The position numbers and the translations under genes were made by a program. Shown in pieces: positions 44,393-52,317 of a stretch of 64,000 nucleotides of DNA; the first letter of the stretch is position 1; each line of letters opens with the position of its first letter. Origin of the DNA: a virus (lineage: Duplodnaviria > Caudoviricetes); IMG/VR virus record IMGVR_UViG_3300037067_009382, positions 26,409-90,408 of that record, one strand, 5' to 3'. Under the pieces are notes generated by a model that saw only the letters and a list, made by a program, of their open reading frames with translations, was not told where the DNA came from and did not search any database.

Positions 44393-45113
44393 TTGGCATC
44401 TCCTTCATGGGTTGTCTCAAATCTTTAGTGGGTACCCATACGTGATTGTTATCTCGCTCGGCATCGGGCCAGAGATCGTTATCCATTAACAGGTTGACCT
44501 TTGTCATACCCTTCTCAACGTCTCTCTCAAGGATCTCGGCTTCAGTCCCCCGCATCACTAAGACTTTGATGTCAATATACTTATTGATGGCTCTCTGGAT
44601 GGGGTTCTTGCAATGCACCTTTACGGATACGTTCTTCGCTAATTTAATGCGGATAGGCTTCAAGGGAGTGATCTTAGTAATTACCGCTGCAGGATTGGGT
44701 GGGTCTTTCACGATCGATACTTCCGTTACTTCCCCTCCGACAGTCGCTAGATCAAGCCCTATCGTCATCTTACCGATAACGTCTTCCTTCTTCAACATAC
44801 GCCGTTTGAACTCCGGAAGCTTATCCTTGTAGGTAGTCTCGAGTATCGAAAGGAGCTTGATACCTTCGGCGACATCAGTTTGCTTCGCAAACTCTTCTAA
44901 CCACTTCCACGCATTGCGTAAGTCGATTGCCTGGGTAAGGTTGCCTGCATCCTCTAATGCCTGTGCACTGGTTAGTGCATCGTTCCGAACCTTCTCAAGC
45001 TGATCGAGGATGAACTTCATTACCAGCTCGTTTTCCGGTGGCTCCGTTTCCCGATACATTAAAATGGCTTCCGCTACCTTGCGCAAGCCTGCTTTTCTCT
45101 CATCGGCTCCCAT
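44154..45113 (-). CDS. Hypothetical protein
   Basis: 319 aa; GGAGGAG RBS; last ~80 aa overprint the downstream gene. Confidence 0.6.
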   Translation of the reverse strand: MGADERKAGLRKVAEAILMYRETEPPENELVMKFILDQLEKVRNDALTSAQALEDAGNLTQAIDLRNAWKWLEEFAKQTDVAEGIKLLSILETTYKDKLPEFKRRMLKKEDVIGKMTIGLDLATVGGEVTEVSIVKDPPNPAAVITKITPLKPIRIKLAKNVSVKVHCKNPIQRAINKYIDIKVLVMRGTEAEILERDVEKGMTKVNLLMDNDLWPDAERDNNHVWVPTKDLRQPMKEMPNGNGSHRVQNPPSESVRQDSEPGPGSGNRVGAEPEHDAQERETGNSDADVARALSNILPDDSKRFEGITAVEPAPDEKV

Positions 45114-45163
45114 AATTGTTTCTCCTCCGGTTTAATACGTCAATTTGAATATAACCCCACGGG

Positions 45164-45457
45164 TTAACTTCCGTTTTTACCCGTGGATTCGTTGCTCGCT
45201 GTATTATTCTGTTGGCCAAAATCTTTCCACTTTGCGTCCTTCGCTTCGGCTTCCGCTACCTTCGCTTTCGCCTCGTCAACAACACCGTGAGAAAGATATG
45301 CAAGGCGCTCTTTGTCACCCTCCAGGAAGTATACAGGCGACTTCTGTGGTGTCATAGCGACCTGTTTGATTACGTCGATTTGACCTCTACGGGGCCCCAG
45401 CAATATTCTTACTTGCTGACCCACTTTGAGGATCGGTATCTTCTGCTTCTTCGGCAT
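45164..45457 (-). CDS. KOW-motif protein
   Basis: LKVGQQVRILLGPRRGQIDVIKQV matches the NusG/L24 KOW pattern. Confidence 0.65.
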   Translation of the reverse strand: MPKKQKIPILKVGQQVRILLGPRRGQIDVIKQVAMTPQKSPVYFLEGDKERLAYLSHGVVDEAKAKVAEAEAKDAKWKDFGQQNNTASNESTGKNGS

Positions 45458-45474
45458 GACTATCCCTCCAGTTA

Positions 45475-45667
45475 ATGAATGTGCCGACTGTGATGTGCCA
45501 CGGCTTGCCCGACTGAGGTAAGTCCTATCACCTAAGGCGAAACAGACACGTCAGTTCGAGTTTCCTTTTTGCTGTCAAGTGTGCGACTCTCCGCTCTTAC
45601 ATTCATCCTTACTGGGTGGCTCCCTTTGACTCGACTACATTGTAGTACTGCTTCCGGGAGCCACCCA
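45475..45667 (-). ncRNA. Candidate structured RNA / leader, family unknown
   Basis: 12-bp perfect stem (45613-45624/45656-45667) with an inner hairpin, plus an 8-bp closing helix (45475-45482/45599-45606) around ~115 nt; no ORF. Confidence 0.45.
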
Positions 45668-45675
45668 AGACCGGC

Positions 45676-46683
45676 CTAGTTCATACTGAGTAGGAAGCCT
45701 CCGACTTTCATCAGGGCTTCACTCTTGGCAAAATCGAGACCCTTTGCCTCGGCTGTGATATTGTTAAAGACGTCCCAGGCACTGACTTCGGTCGGACCAG
45801 GTAGGCCTCTTTCCTTTTTATGAAGGTTGGAAGTCGCCAGGTAGACTTTTCTCTGCTCAGGATCGACATCGAAGATCTTATCGGTTTTCTCCGCATCGAA
45901 GAATCCGCGCACCTGGTTCCACAGTTTGGAGAATTCGGCGTCTTTCAGATTCCTGGTTGGCAATGCTTTCAAGGCCTGAACCACTTCACCCGCGTGCTCG
46001 TTAAGATGACGTATCCCATCGAGGAATCCATCCATCCCACCGTCTTCTTTGCGTGCTGTCCAACGTACGATACCGATATCGTCTCCGGCGATTGCTCCAT
46101 TAGAGCAGATATGCCTGAAGGACATCAGTTTCGCCAGGGGTGTTAACCCACCGGTTTCGCTAGCAGTGAATACTGTGCCGATCATCACTTTGTCACCCTC
46201 GGTAGGTTCTACCAAAGTATCAGGAAGGATGGTTGCAAGGCGAACGCCGCGAGCACTCACTCTACCTATTTTAATATCACCCTGGATTTTCTCGAGAATG
46301 CGCTCGATCTTGGGCGCCACATAGTTGCCCTTTTTGACGTTGATAATATTGCCCTCGTTATCGATGAAGAGCTTGACGCCGAATGGGTCAATTGACTTCA
46401 ACCGAGATACGACGGTCTGGAGTAAGTCGCTCGGAATGTATTCTCCGAACGTTGCCGGGATGTGCAATGAGGTCATCAGATTCTGAAAGCCCCATCTGGT
46501 GATGGGTAGCTCGTCTTGTCCGATCGAGACCTTATAGTCGTCGGTAACGGACAGCTGGTTGATTACCACCGGTCTCGTTGTGAAAGCGAAATCGGTCTTA
46601 ATCTTCGCCAATGCCTCTTCGATTGATTCGACTTTGGCTTCGCGCATTGGTGCAAAGCGCTCCTGGACTTCTGTTTTTGCCAT
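45676..46683 (-). CDS. DUF932-like protein
   Basis: SETGG...FRHICSNGAI (R-x-x-C-x-N-G) and C-terminal SAWDVFNNIT. Confidence 0.7.
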   Translation of the reverse strand: MAKTEVQERFAPMREAKVESIEEALAKIKTDFAFTTRPVVINQLSVTDDYKVSIGQDELPITRWGFQNLMTSLHIPATFGEYIPSDLLQTVVSRLKSIDPFGVKLFIDNEGNIINVKKGNYVAPKIERILEKIQGDIKIGRVSARGVRLATILPDTLVEPTEGDKVMIGTVFTASETGGLTPLAKLMSFRHICSNGAIAGDDIGIVRWTARKEDGGMDGFLDGIRHLNEHAGEVVQALKALPTRNLKDAEFSKLWNQVRGFFDAEKTDKIFDVDPEQRKVYLATSNLHKKERGLPGPTEVSAWDVFNNITAEAKGLDFAKSEALMKVGGFLLSMN

Positions 46684-46754
46684 CTGTTTTCTCCTCTCAC
46701 TAAATTTGTGTGACAGCTTAATTATACCGCCACGTCTGTTTAAGGTGGTGCCAT

Positions 46755-47027
46755 CTAAGCACCCTTTTGCAATGCCTCCTTGGCCCTTTGTAAACCTTCG
46801 ATCAGTTTGTCGATATTCTCGACGGTAATGTCAGGATCCACTGTCGCCAGAGTGAAACCTTTTCCGAGCTTCCACTCACCGGACTTATTGTCCAGCCAGG
46901 TATCTCTGATGTCGATGTAATCCTTTCCGCTGTAGGGTTGCAGTGCTACGCGAGATTTGGTTGTAGCGTTCTTCTCGAACTCTACGAAGACCTGTTTGGG
47001 TTCTTCCGCTTTGAAATCCGTTGCCAT
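46755..47027 (-). CDS. PC4/YdbC-family ssDNA-binding protein
   Basis: YSGKDYIDIRDTW...WKLGKGFTL. Confidence 0.8.
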   Translation of the reverse strand: MATDFKAEEPKQVFVEFEKNATTKSRVALQPYSGKDYIDIRDTWLDNKSGEWKLGKGFTLATVDPDITVENIDKLIEGLQRAKEALQKGA

Positions 47028-47041
47028 ATGTGTCCCCCTTC

Positions 47042-47371
47042 TTAATTTATTCCCTTGTACGCGCCGAAGTAAGGTTTCTCACTCTCGATCTTGCCCTGTT
47101 CGGTTAAGTCAAAGAGTTCCTCACCATCTACTTTCCCAGCGAGTGCTAATCCCTTTCGAACGAGAGAGCTAACGACTCCTCTACCGACCTGCGCTGTAAC
47201 TTTGGCTGTTTCAAAGACTGCCCAAGTGTACGTCCCGCCGTCTCCAGCGTCTCCCATATCGGTATGTCTGCTCGCGCGAAGAAGTTTGTGCTCCAGATCG
47301 GTTAGGTGAATTCTATTGCCAGAGCCAACTCCTGCCTGTGCGTAAGTGATTCTGAAAGTGTCGTTCGTCAT
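47042..47371 (-). CDS. Winged-helix-like protein, paralogue of 61117..61596
   Basis: GGTYTW...GVVSSLVRKGL...FDLTEQG. Confidence 0.6.
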   Translation of the reverse strand: MTNDTFRITYAQAGVGSGNRIHLTDLEHKLLRASRHTDMGDAGDGGTYTWAVFETAKVTAQVGRGVVSSLVRKGLALAGKVDGEELFDLTEQGKIESEKPYFGAYKGIN

Positions 47372-47380
47372 TTGAGTGCC

Positions 47381-47443
47381 CTCCGTTTTCTCTACTGTGT
47401 TCTTCTATATTATTATAATAAGGGAAAACGGTGAGAATATCAA
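47381..47443 (-). promoter_or_regulatory. Early promoter cassette, copy 1
   Basis: TTGATA-17-TATTAT, dyad CCGTTTTCCCT/AGAGAAAACGG, GGAGG RBS. Confidence 0.85.
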
Positions 47444-47453
47444 GGCGCCCCAT

Positions 47454-48080
47454 CTATCCGTACATCGATGGAAATTCAACCCCATCCAGATCGCCACAGG
47501 CGTTCTCAATATCGTCTAAGTCTGAAGAGATATCGAAATCCTCATCCTCTACGGTGCCCTCTCCGTTGCAGGTCTCGCAATCGATCTTCCCTTCACCATC
47601 ACAGCGTTCGCATTTAGTCGGACCATCTGACCCTCTTCCAGATTCGGACGTTTCACCTCTACCAGCGCAGTCGGGGCAGTCGATTCTTCCCTCAGTACAC
47701 TCTTCGCAGTCCTTAGTAGGCTTTTCATCACGGAGAGCTTCAACGGCACCCATTAGCATAGCGGTACAGTAACCTAATCGCTGTGCTCTAGTCATGGGGT
47801 CCCTTCCGTATGGTTTAGTATACGTCACCTTGATTTTCTTGTCGCTCAGCTCGTCGGGCAACTCAATATTGCCTGAGGCAGTCTGAATGGTGTCGTATGC
47901 TGACTGAAGTGTGTCAACGCTCGTCCCCAGGGTTTCGTACTTTTGGGTGTTCTCAAGGCCAGTTCCTTCCATACCCGACTTCCAGGTCTCAAGTTCTTCG
48001 CGTAGTGAATCTATGTCCTCGAAGTTCTCTAGTGCGGCCGAAACCGTTACCTCGTCAGTTTGCTGTTTGTAGCTTCCCAT
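47454..48080 (-). CDS. Acidic protein with DnaJ-type CxxCxGxG zinc finger
   Basis: CEECTEG, CPDCAGRG, CERCDGEG, CETCNGEG; no J domain seen. Confidence 0.7.
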   Translation of the reverse strand: MGSYKQQTDEVTVSAALENFEDIDSLREELETWKSGMEGTGLENTQKYETLGTSVDTLQSAYDTIQTASGNIELPDELSDKKIKVTYTKPYGRDPMTRAQRLGYCTAMLMGAVEALRDEKPTKDCEECTEGRIDCPDCAGRGETSESGRGSDGPTKCERCDGEGKIDCETCNGEGTVEDEDFDISSDLDDIENACGDLDGVEFPSMYG

Positions 48081-48097
48081 TGGCTCCTCCTCGTACT

Positions 48098-48228
48098 TTA
48101 GTGGCTCGCAGTTACAGCGAGTCCGCGCATGGGCCTACTTCCCTATCCCTACTCTGTCACGCGGTTGCGGTCTTCTTTCAAGAGCACTAAGGTGGTTTCG
48201 GCTCCTCGCTGTAACTGCCAACCACTAA
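48098..48228 (-). ncRNA. Candidate structured RNA 3' of the tRNA-like gene
   Basis: 24-bp imperfect inverted repeat (48098-48121/48205-48228) enclosing 83 nt. Confidence 0.45.
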
Positions 48229-48230
48229 GG

Positions 48231-48305
48231 GGCACCCGGTAGGATTCGAACCTACGAAGATCCGTTGATCAGCGGAAACGTCTAAGCCACTGCGTCACGA
48301 GTGCC
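48231..48305 (-). tRNA. Atypical tRNA-like gene (8-nt anticodon loop CUGAUCAA, 8-bp acceptor stem, no encoded CCA)
   Basis: Acceptor GGCACTCG/CGGGTGCC, D arm ACG/CGT with GG, anticodon stem TCCG/CGGA, T arm GTAGG-TTCGAAT-CCTAC. Confidence 0.75.
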
Positions 48306-48311
48306 ATATAT

Positions 48312-48442
48312 CACGCTCTTGCGTTGTTTCTCGAACGCACGGCTGCTAGTTCGGTCTGCCCACCCGTCGATGGAACCTAGCTCCTTGGCCGTCTTTTCTC
48401 TCCCTTCGGGATAGTCCTTGTCTCGGGGCAAGAAAGAGCGTG
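48312..48442 (-). ncRNA. Candidate multibranch RNA 5' of the tRNA-like gene
   Basis: 9-bp closing helix CACGCTCTT/AAGAGCGTG enclosing four hairpins. Confidence 0.5.
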
Positions 48443-48455
48443 TTCGGTTGTTAAG

Positions 48456-49034
48456 TTACTGTATGGGTTCGTCGACTTCGACGAACTCTTTTCCGCCACA
48501 TTTCGGACAAGACTTCTTCCCTTTAGGAAGCAACCTGTTATCGACTTTACATCTCAGCCGTTTCTCAGTCTTGACACCCATGTCGGCATCGTTACCGGTA
48601 TCGCCACCTATCTGTTGTGCGGCAGCGATTTCATCGATCTGAGCACCAGGAGCGTTACAGGCTGATTTCACTTCAGCTTCGTAAGCACTCTTCGCCTGTG
48701 CCATCTCTTCGTCAGACAACCATTTCAGTTTAATGCCGGAAGCGATCATGCACCCTACGTTCACAAGACAGACCGCACCCATTGCAGCATCGTGAACGGT
48801 TTTCTTCCGTTCTTCGTCCCGGTAACCTTCACTGAGGTAGATCAACCCTTTATCGCGATCGTAGGTGAAGGCATACGCCGTAGGTACCTGTTTCCGTTTC
48901 TCGGTTTCACCGAATGATCCCAGGGCACATAAGAATGCTCTGCAACCATCCTCGTACATCACTTTGCGCTGTACGATCTTGGTGACCCCGTCGACCTTTA
49001 CGATCTCCGTGTAAGCGCCTTTTCCGTTTAACAT
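48456..49034 (-). CDS. Hypothetical protein with C-terminal Zn ribbon
   Basis: 192 aa, RCKVD...SCPKCGG. Confidence 0.6.
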   Translation of the reverse strand: MLNGKGAYTEIVKVDGVTKIVQRKVMYEDGCRAFLCALGSFGETEKRKQVPTAYAFTYDRDKGLIYLSEGYRDEERKKTVHDAAMGAVCLVNVGCMIASGIKLKWLSDEEMAQAKSAYEAEVKSACNAPGAQIDEIAAAQQIGGDTGNDADMGVKTEKRLRCKVDNRLLPKGKKSCPKCGGKEFVEVDEPIQ

Positions 49035-49048
49035 TTGCGTTCCTCTCC

Positions 49049-49240
49049 TTATCGCAGTACTTTTATTGCTTCAGCTAGCGCCTGGGGGTTATACCCTCCC
49101 ATTAAATTTGCGCGAGCGATTATGATCTGTCGAAGTTCGTCTCTCCTGTACTCGGGTATGTCCTCAACGGTGTCTCTCACTACTCTCCGTACGAACTTGT
49201 TGTATGTGCCCTTAAGTGATGCCCCTCTAATGACTGCCAT
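49049..49240 (-). CDS. Hypothetical protein
   Basis: 63 aa directly behind promoter cassette copy 2. Confidence 0.65.
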   Translation of the reverse strand: MAVIRGASLKGTYNKFVRRVVRDTVEDIPEYRRDELRQIIIARANLMGGYNPQALAEAIKVLR

Positions 49241-49248
49241 CGTTTTCC

Positions 49249-49304
49249 CTCCGTATTACTTGTCCTTCTATTATTATAATAAGGGAAAACGGTGGTAATT
49301 TCAA
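49249..49304 (-). promoter_or_regulatory. Early promoter cassette, copy 2
   Basis: TTGAAA-17-TATTAT; downstream dyad arm degenerate. Confidence 0.8.
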
Positions 49305-49312
49305 TGCCGGGG

Positions 49313-49549
49313 TTACTTCTCGCCATACTTGTCGTAAAACTCCTCGGCGCATTTTTGAGCGTGTTCGAGAGCGTCTTTAAGTTCTCCCTCGGCCTTCGAC
49401 ATCTCTCGCTCGAGTTTATCGTCACCCCTATTCTTGAAGAACCGTCTCATTCGCTGAGAGGTGGTCATCGCTTTGCGGGCTTGTGTGACGACTGACTCTA
49501 GCATGATGCCAACCCACTGCTCCTGTTTCACTTGCCAGTCATTCTCCAA
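49313..49549 (-). CDS. Hypothetical coiled-coil protein
   Basis: 78 aa. Confidence 0.55.
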   Translation of the reverse strand: MENDWQVKQEQWVGIMLESVVTQARKAMTTSQRMRRFFKNRGDDKLEREMSKAEGELKDALEHAQKCAEEFYDKYGEK

Positions 49550-50400
49550 TGTTCGAATCGACCGAGCATTTGCTGGAATTCCATCTTCCGCAAAAATGCA
49601 ATCACGTCGGTGTCGTTAATCGTATGGGTCTTCTCTGGAAAGAGGATGGGTAGGTTTCTCACGATGGTCGTGAGCTTAATATTGAGCCGTATTGCTTCCT
49701 CGTTATCAAGGAACTTCTTGTTGACGTCTCCCTTGACGTAGGTCATAGGAACTACAATGGGTCCCTCATTCTTGATTGCGTTATAGATCCCGGAGATCGT
49801 TCCGTACTTGGTTAACAGAAACGATGCAGTCTTCTCACCGAAGAAGCGAGGAACGTTATCGCTCGGGTCTCCAATGAGAGCCTTATACTCAGCAACCTGA
49901 TTGGGTAAGATGCCGAATCGTGATTGCACGTTTGATGGTGTAACCTCGGCCTTAGGCGTTACGACCGTCACGTTGTTTGTCACCAACTGAAACATATCAG
50001 CGTCGTAAGCGTAAATGATGACGCGATGCCCCTTCTCCTCGGCCATCTTGGATAGCGTACCTATAAGGTCATCGGCCTCGTATTTTCGCATTTCGTAGCG
50101 TTCGATGTTGAACGCCGCGGTAGCTTCGTAAATTCCATTCCACTGAGCCCATAACTCCTCTACCTGGGGCTTATGATCGGCCTTGTACTCCGGATAGAGG
50201 TCTTTCCGAAATAACTGCTCTCCACGATCGAAACACGCCGTGATATAGTCGGGTTTGTACGTACGCAGTATCTTTATCAGTGACCCAACGTATCCGTGTA
50301 TCGCCGCTGTCGGTTCTCCCTTCGAGTTAGAGAGTTTTGGCATTGCGTGGAAGTTCATCCGCGCTAGCCAGGTACCATCGATTATCAGTGTCGTAGTCAA
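49528..50400 (-). CDS. 5'-3' exonuclease / flap endonuclease (Pol I N-terminal type)
   Basis: LIIDG, ACFD, FRKDLYPEYKA, YEADDLIG, AYDADMFQL, LIGDPSDNVP..GEKTA. Confidence 0.92.
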   Translation of the reverse strand: MTTTLIIDGTWLARMNFHAMPKLSNSKGEPTAAIHGYVGSLIKILRTYKPDYITACFDRGEQLFRKDLYPEYKADHKPQVEELWAQWNGIYEATAAFNIERYEMRKYEADDLIGTLSKMAEEKGHRVIIYAYDADMFQLVTNNVTVVTPKAEVTPSNVQSRFGILPNQVAEYKALIGDPSDNVPRFFGEKTASFLLTKYGTISGIYNAIKNEGPIVVPMTYVKGDVNKKFLDNEEAIRLNIKLTTIVRNLPILFPEKTHTINDTDVIAFLRKMEFQQMLGRFEHWRMTGK

Positions 50401-50660
50401 ATGCGCCTCCTGTACGCGAGAATCATTACCAATATTGTGATATCCATCACCAGACTCAAACTGTTGAACGCGAGTCCAACGATATCGGGGTTAGCGATAA
50501 AATACAGAAGCATTACGAGTGCCCCACTGATGAGGAATACGAACGTCAGAAGACTAACGTCGTGTGCAGTCTTGGTCTTCAGCAAACGAAGTATCTGCGT
50601 TAAACCAGCGGCTTGTGATGTTGCGACTCCGATGAGTCCCACTATTGCTTCCCAGTCCAA
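50397..50660 (-). CDS. SemiSWEET/PQ-loop family membrane protein
   Basis: 87 aa, three TM helices, LTQILRLLKTKTAHDVS in place of the usual PQxxxxxKTKSxxDVS. Confidence 0.7.
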   Translation of the reverse strand: MDWEAIVGLIGVATSQAAGLTQILRLLKTKTAHDVSLLTFVFLISGALVMLLYFIANPDIVGLAFNSLSLVMDITILVMILAYRRRI

Positions 50661-50663
50661 ATA

Positions 50664-50816
50664 TTACTCCTTGAGTGGTTTCTTCTCGTCCACCATTTCC
50701 TTTATCTGTTCCTCTTTACATTGCTGGCACATGGGCTTCTTGTTGTAGATGATTCCTATTGGATTCTTGGGCGTTCCTTCTCTTCCACACTTAACACATT
50801 TCGGGTATTGCTCCAT
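50664..50816 (-). CDS. Small Zn-finger protein (50 aa)
   Basis: Hand-translated MEQYPKCVKCGEE...MCQQCKEE; GGAGG RBS. Confidence 0.65.
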   Translation of the reverse strand: MEQYPKCVKCGREGTPKNPIGIIYNKKPMCQQCKEEQIKEMVDEKKPLKE

Positions 50817-50834
50817 GACAGCACCTCCCTCACA

Positions 50835-50873
50835 TAAGCTTGCCCTTGTCTATATTATACGCGGGCAAGCTTA
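50835..50873 (-). promoter_or_regulatory. Promoter -10 box flanked by an 11-bp inverted repeat
   Basis: TAAGCTTGCCC-gcgTATAATatagacaa-GGGCAAGCTTA. Confidence 0.55.
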
Positions 50874-50886
50874 ATAGGACTGATCG

Positions 50887-51561
50887 TTAGACCGTTTGAA
50901 GTGCTTTGACTCGAGTGAGGACTGTCTCTTTGATTCCCTTGAACTCCCCGTGGCTCTTTACTGTACCCGTAATAGTTACAACTTGGTCTTTCTCAAGTGG
51001 ACTACCAGTGCAGAACCAGGTGAGGACGTTTCCATTCTCGTCAAGCATCTTATGGATGTAGGTGTCGCCGTAGTAACCGCTCATGGGTCTGACTTCTTTG
51101 ACTGTGACCCTTGCGGTAATTTTGTCGTTGGGTTTTCCGATGTGAGTGCTCGGATTGAGTTTTGCTTCTTCGGCTTCCTTCCGTTTCGCTAATTCGCGCC
51201 TATACGCTGGAATGAGTGAAGCCAGAGTTCCGATGTCGTTTTGGTTAACGGTATCCTTCAACACCACTAACTTCAGACTGAGTAGGTAATCGTCCGTTCC
51301 CGGATCGAGTTCAGTGCGTGCCCAGTTCAGTGCGAGTTCCACTTCTTCGATCGCGGCCTCGGGGTGATTGATGTTCCATTGTCCGAGAGAGGCAAGACCC
51401 ATATTGGTTTGGGCGAAGTCGGCCGTGGCTGATCCTTCCATGTGATCTTCGTAAGCCTTCCCTCTTGAGAGCCATCCCCGTCTTTCGATTGCGTCTACGA
51501 CGAACTCGAGATACCGTTTGGAGTCGTAATTGATTGCGCTCGGTTTCTTTGCCTTGTACAT
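50887..51561 (-). CDS. Protein with C-terminal OB fold
   Basis: HIGKPNDKI...DENGNVLTWF...ITGTVKSHGEFKGIKETVLTRVK. Confidence 0.7.
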   Translation of the reverse strand: MYKAKKPSAINYDSKRYLEFVVDAIERRGWLSRGKAYEDHMEGSATADFAQTNMGLASLGQWNINHPEAAIEEVELALNWARTELDPGTDDYLLSLKLVVLKDTVNQNDIGTLASLIPAYRRELAKRKEAEEAKLNPSTHIGKPNDKITARVTVKEVRPMSGYYGDTYIHKMLDENGNVLTWFCTGSPLEKDQVVTITGTVKSHGEFKGIKETVLTRVKALQTV

Positions 51562-51569
51562 TTCTGTCC

Positions 51570-51635
51570 CTCCGTTTTGTGTGCGTTCTATTGTCCCTTC
51601 AATTATATAATAAGGGAAAACGGTGGGAATTTCAA
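51570..51635 (-). promoter_or_regulatory. Early promoter cassette, copy 3
   Basis: TTGAAA...CACCGTTTTCCCTTATTATATAAT; the -35 box supplies the TGA stop of the deaminase. Confidence 0.8.
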
Positions 51636-52105
51636 TCCCGAGTCGTTATTCTGGTTGATGGTCTCGGTACCTTGACAAATGATACGCCTCCCTCTTGAAA
51701 GAGGTCATTAAAGGTCGTATCCGAGTAATCGCCATAGGTGACTACGCGCTTGATCTTCGCCTGTACCAATTGCTTTGCACACAATCGACATGGTGAGTGC
51801 GTGCAGTAGATGGTTGCACCCTCTAGACTGATCCCGTGTAGCGAACCTTGAATAACACAGTTCTGCTCAGCGTGGATTGCACGACAAACTTCTGTCCGCT
51901 CGCCTGAGGGTATGTTCTGCTGGTTGCGCAAGCATCCCAGGGATAGACAATCCTGAAATCCGCTCGGGGCCCCATTATAACCCGTAGTGAGGATTTGCTT
52001 GTCCTTTACTGCGATCGCTCCTACGTGTCGCCTCTGACAGGTGGATCGTTCGGCCACAACCATAGCCAGCTTCAGAAAATACTCGTCCCAGTTTGGTCTT
52101 GACAT
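51632..52105 (-). CDS. dCMP deaminase
   Basis: RSTCQRRHVGA, GYNGAPSG, HAEQN, SPCRLC. Confidence 0.92.
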   Translation of the reverse strand: MSRPNWDEYFLKLAMVVAERSTCQRRHVGAIAVKDKQILTTGYNGAPSGFQDCLSLGCLRNQQNIPSGERTEVCRAIHAEQNCVIQGSLHGISLEGATIYCTHSPCRLCAKQLVQAKIKRVVTYGDYSDTTFNDLFQEGGVSFVKVPRPSTRITTRD

Positions 52106-52317
52106 TAAGGCACTCCTCTATCCCATCGTTCTTCGCTACCATTCATATGTTCGTACTTCTCCTGACCGACCACTTCCTGGACGATCTGGTCAAGGTAGAA
52201 TTGCTTATGGTGGGCCCCATCTATCTCACATGCGTGTATGGCCATTCGCTCAATCCTCTCGAGGTCAATGTCTCTCCCGGTCTTCGGATCCTTTACAACG
52301 TTCGGCATCTGTTTCAC
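52105..52317 (-). CDS. Hypothetical protein
   Basis: 70 aa, IDGAHHKQFYLDQI. Confidence 0.6.
   Translation of the reverse strand: MKQMPNVVKDPKTGRDIDLERIERMAIHACEIDGAHHKQFYLDQIVQEVVGQEKYEHMNGSEERWDRGVP

Noticed and set aside
45514-45553. Hammerhead-like CTGAGG...CGAAAC...GTC on the plus strand
   Set aside because: Core reads CUGAGGU rather than CUGANGA, stem III is only 2 bp, stem I does not pair, and it is antisense to transcription.
48122-48204. SRP-like or hammerhead-like words (UAGG...GGAAGUAG, CGAAAC) in the rod RNA
   Set aside because: The SRP helix-8 stem and the CUGANGA core are absent.
48231-48305. Calling the element a normal tRNA-Ile(GAU)
   Set aside because: The loop has 8 nt, the acceptor 8 bp and the discriminator is C; reported as atypical instead.
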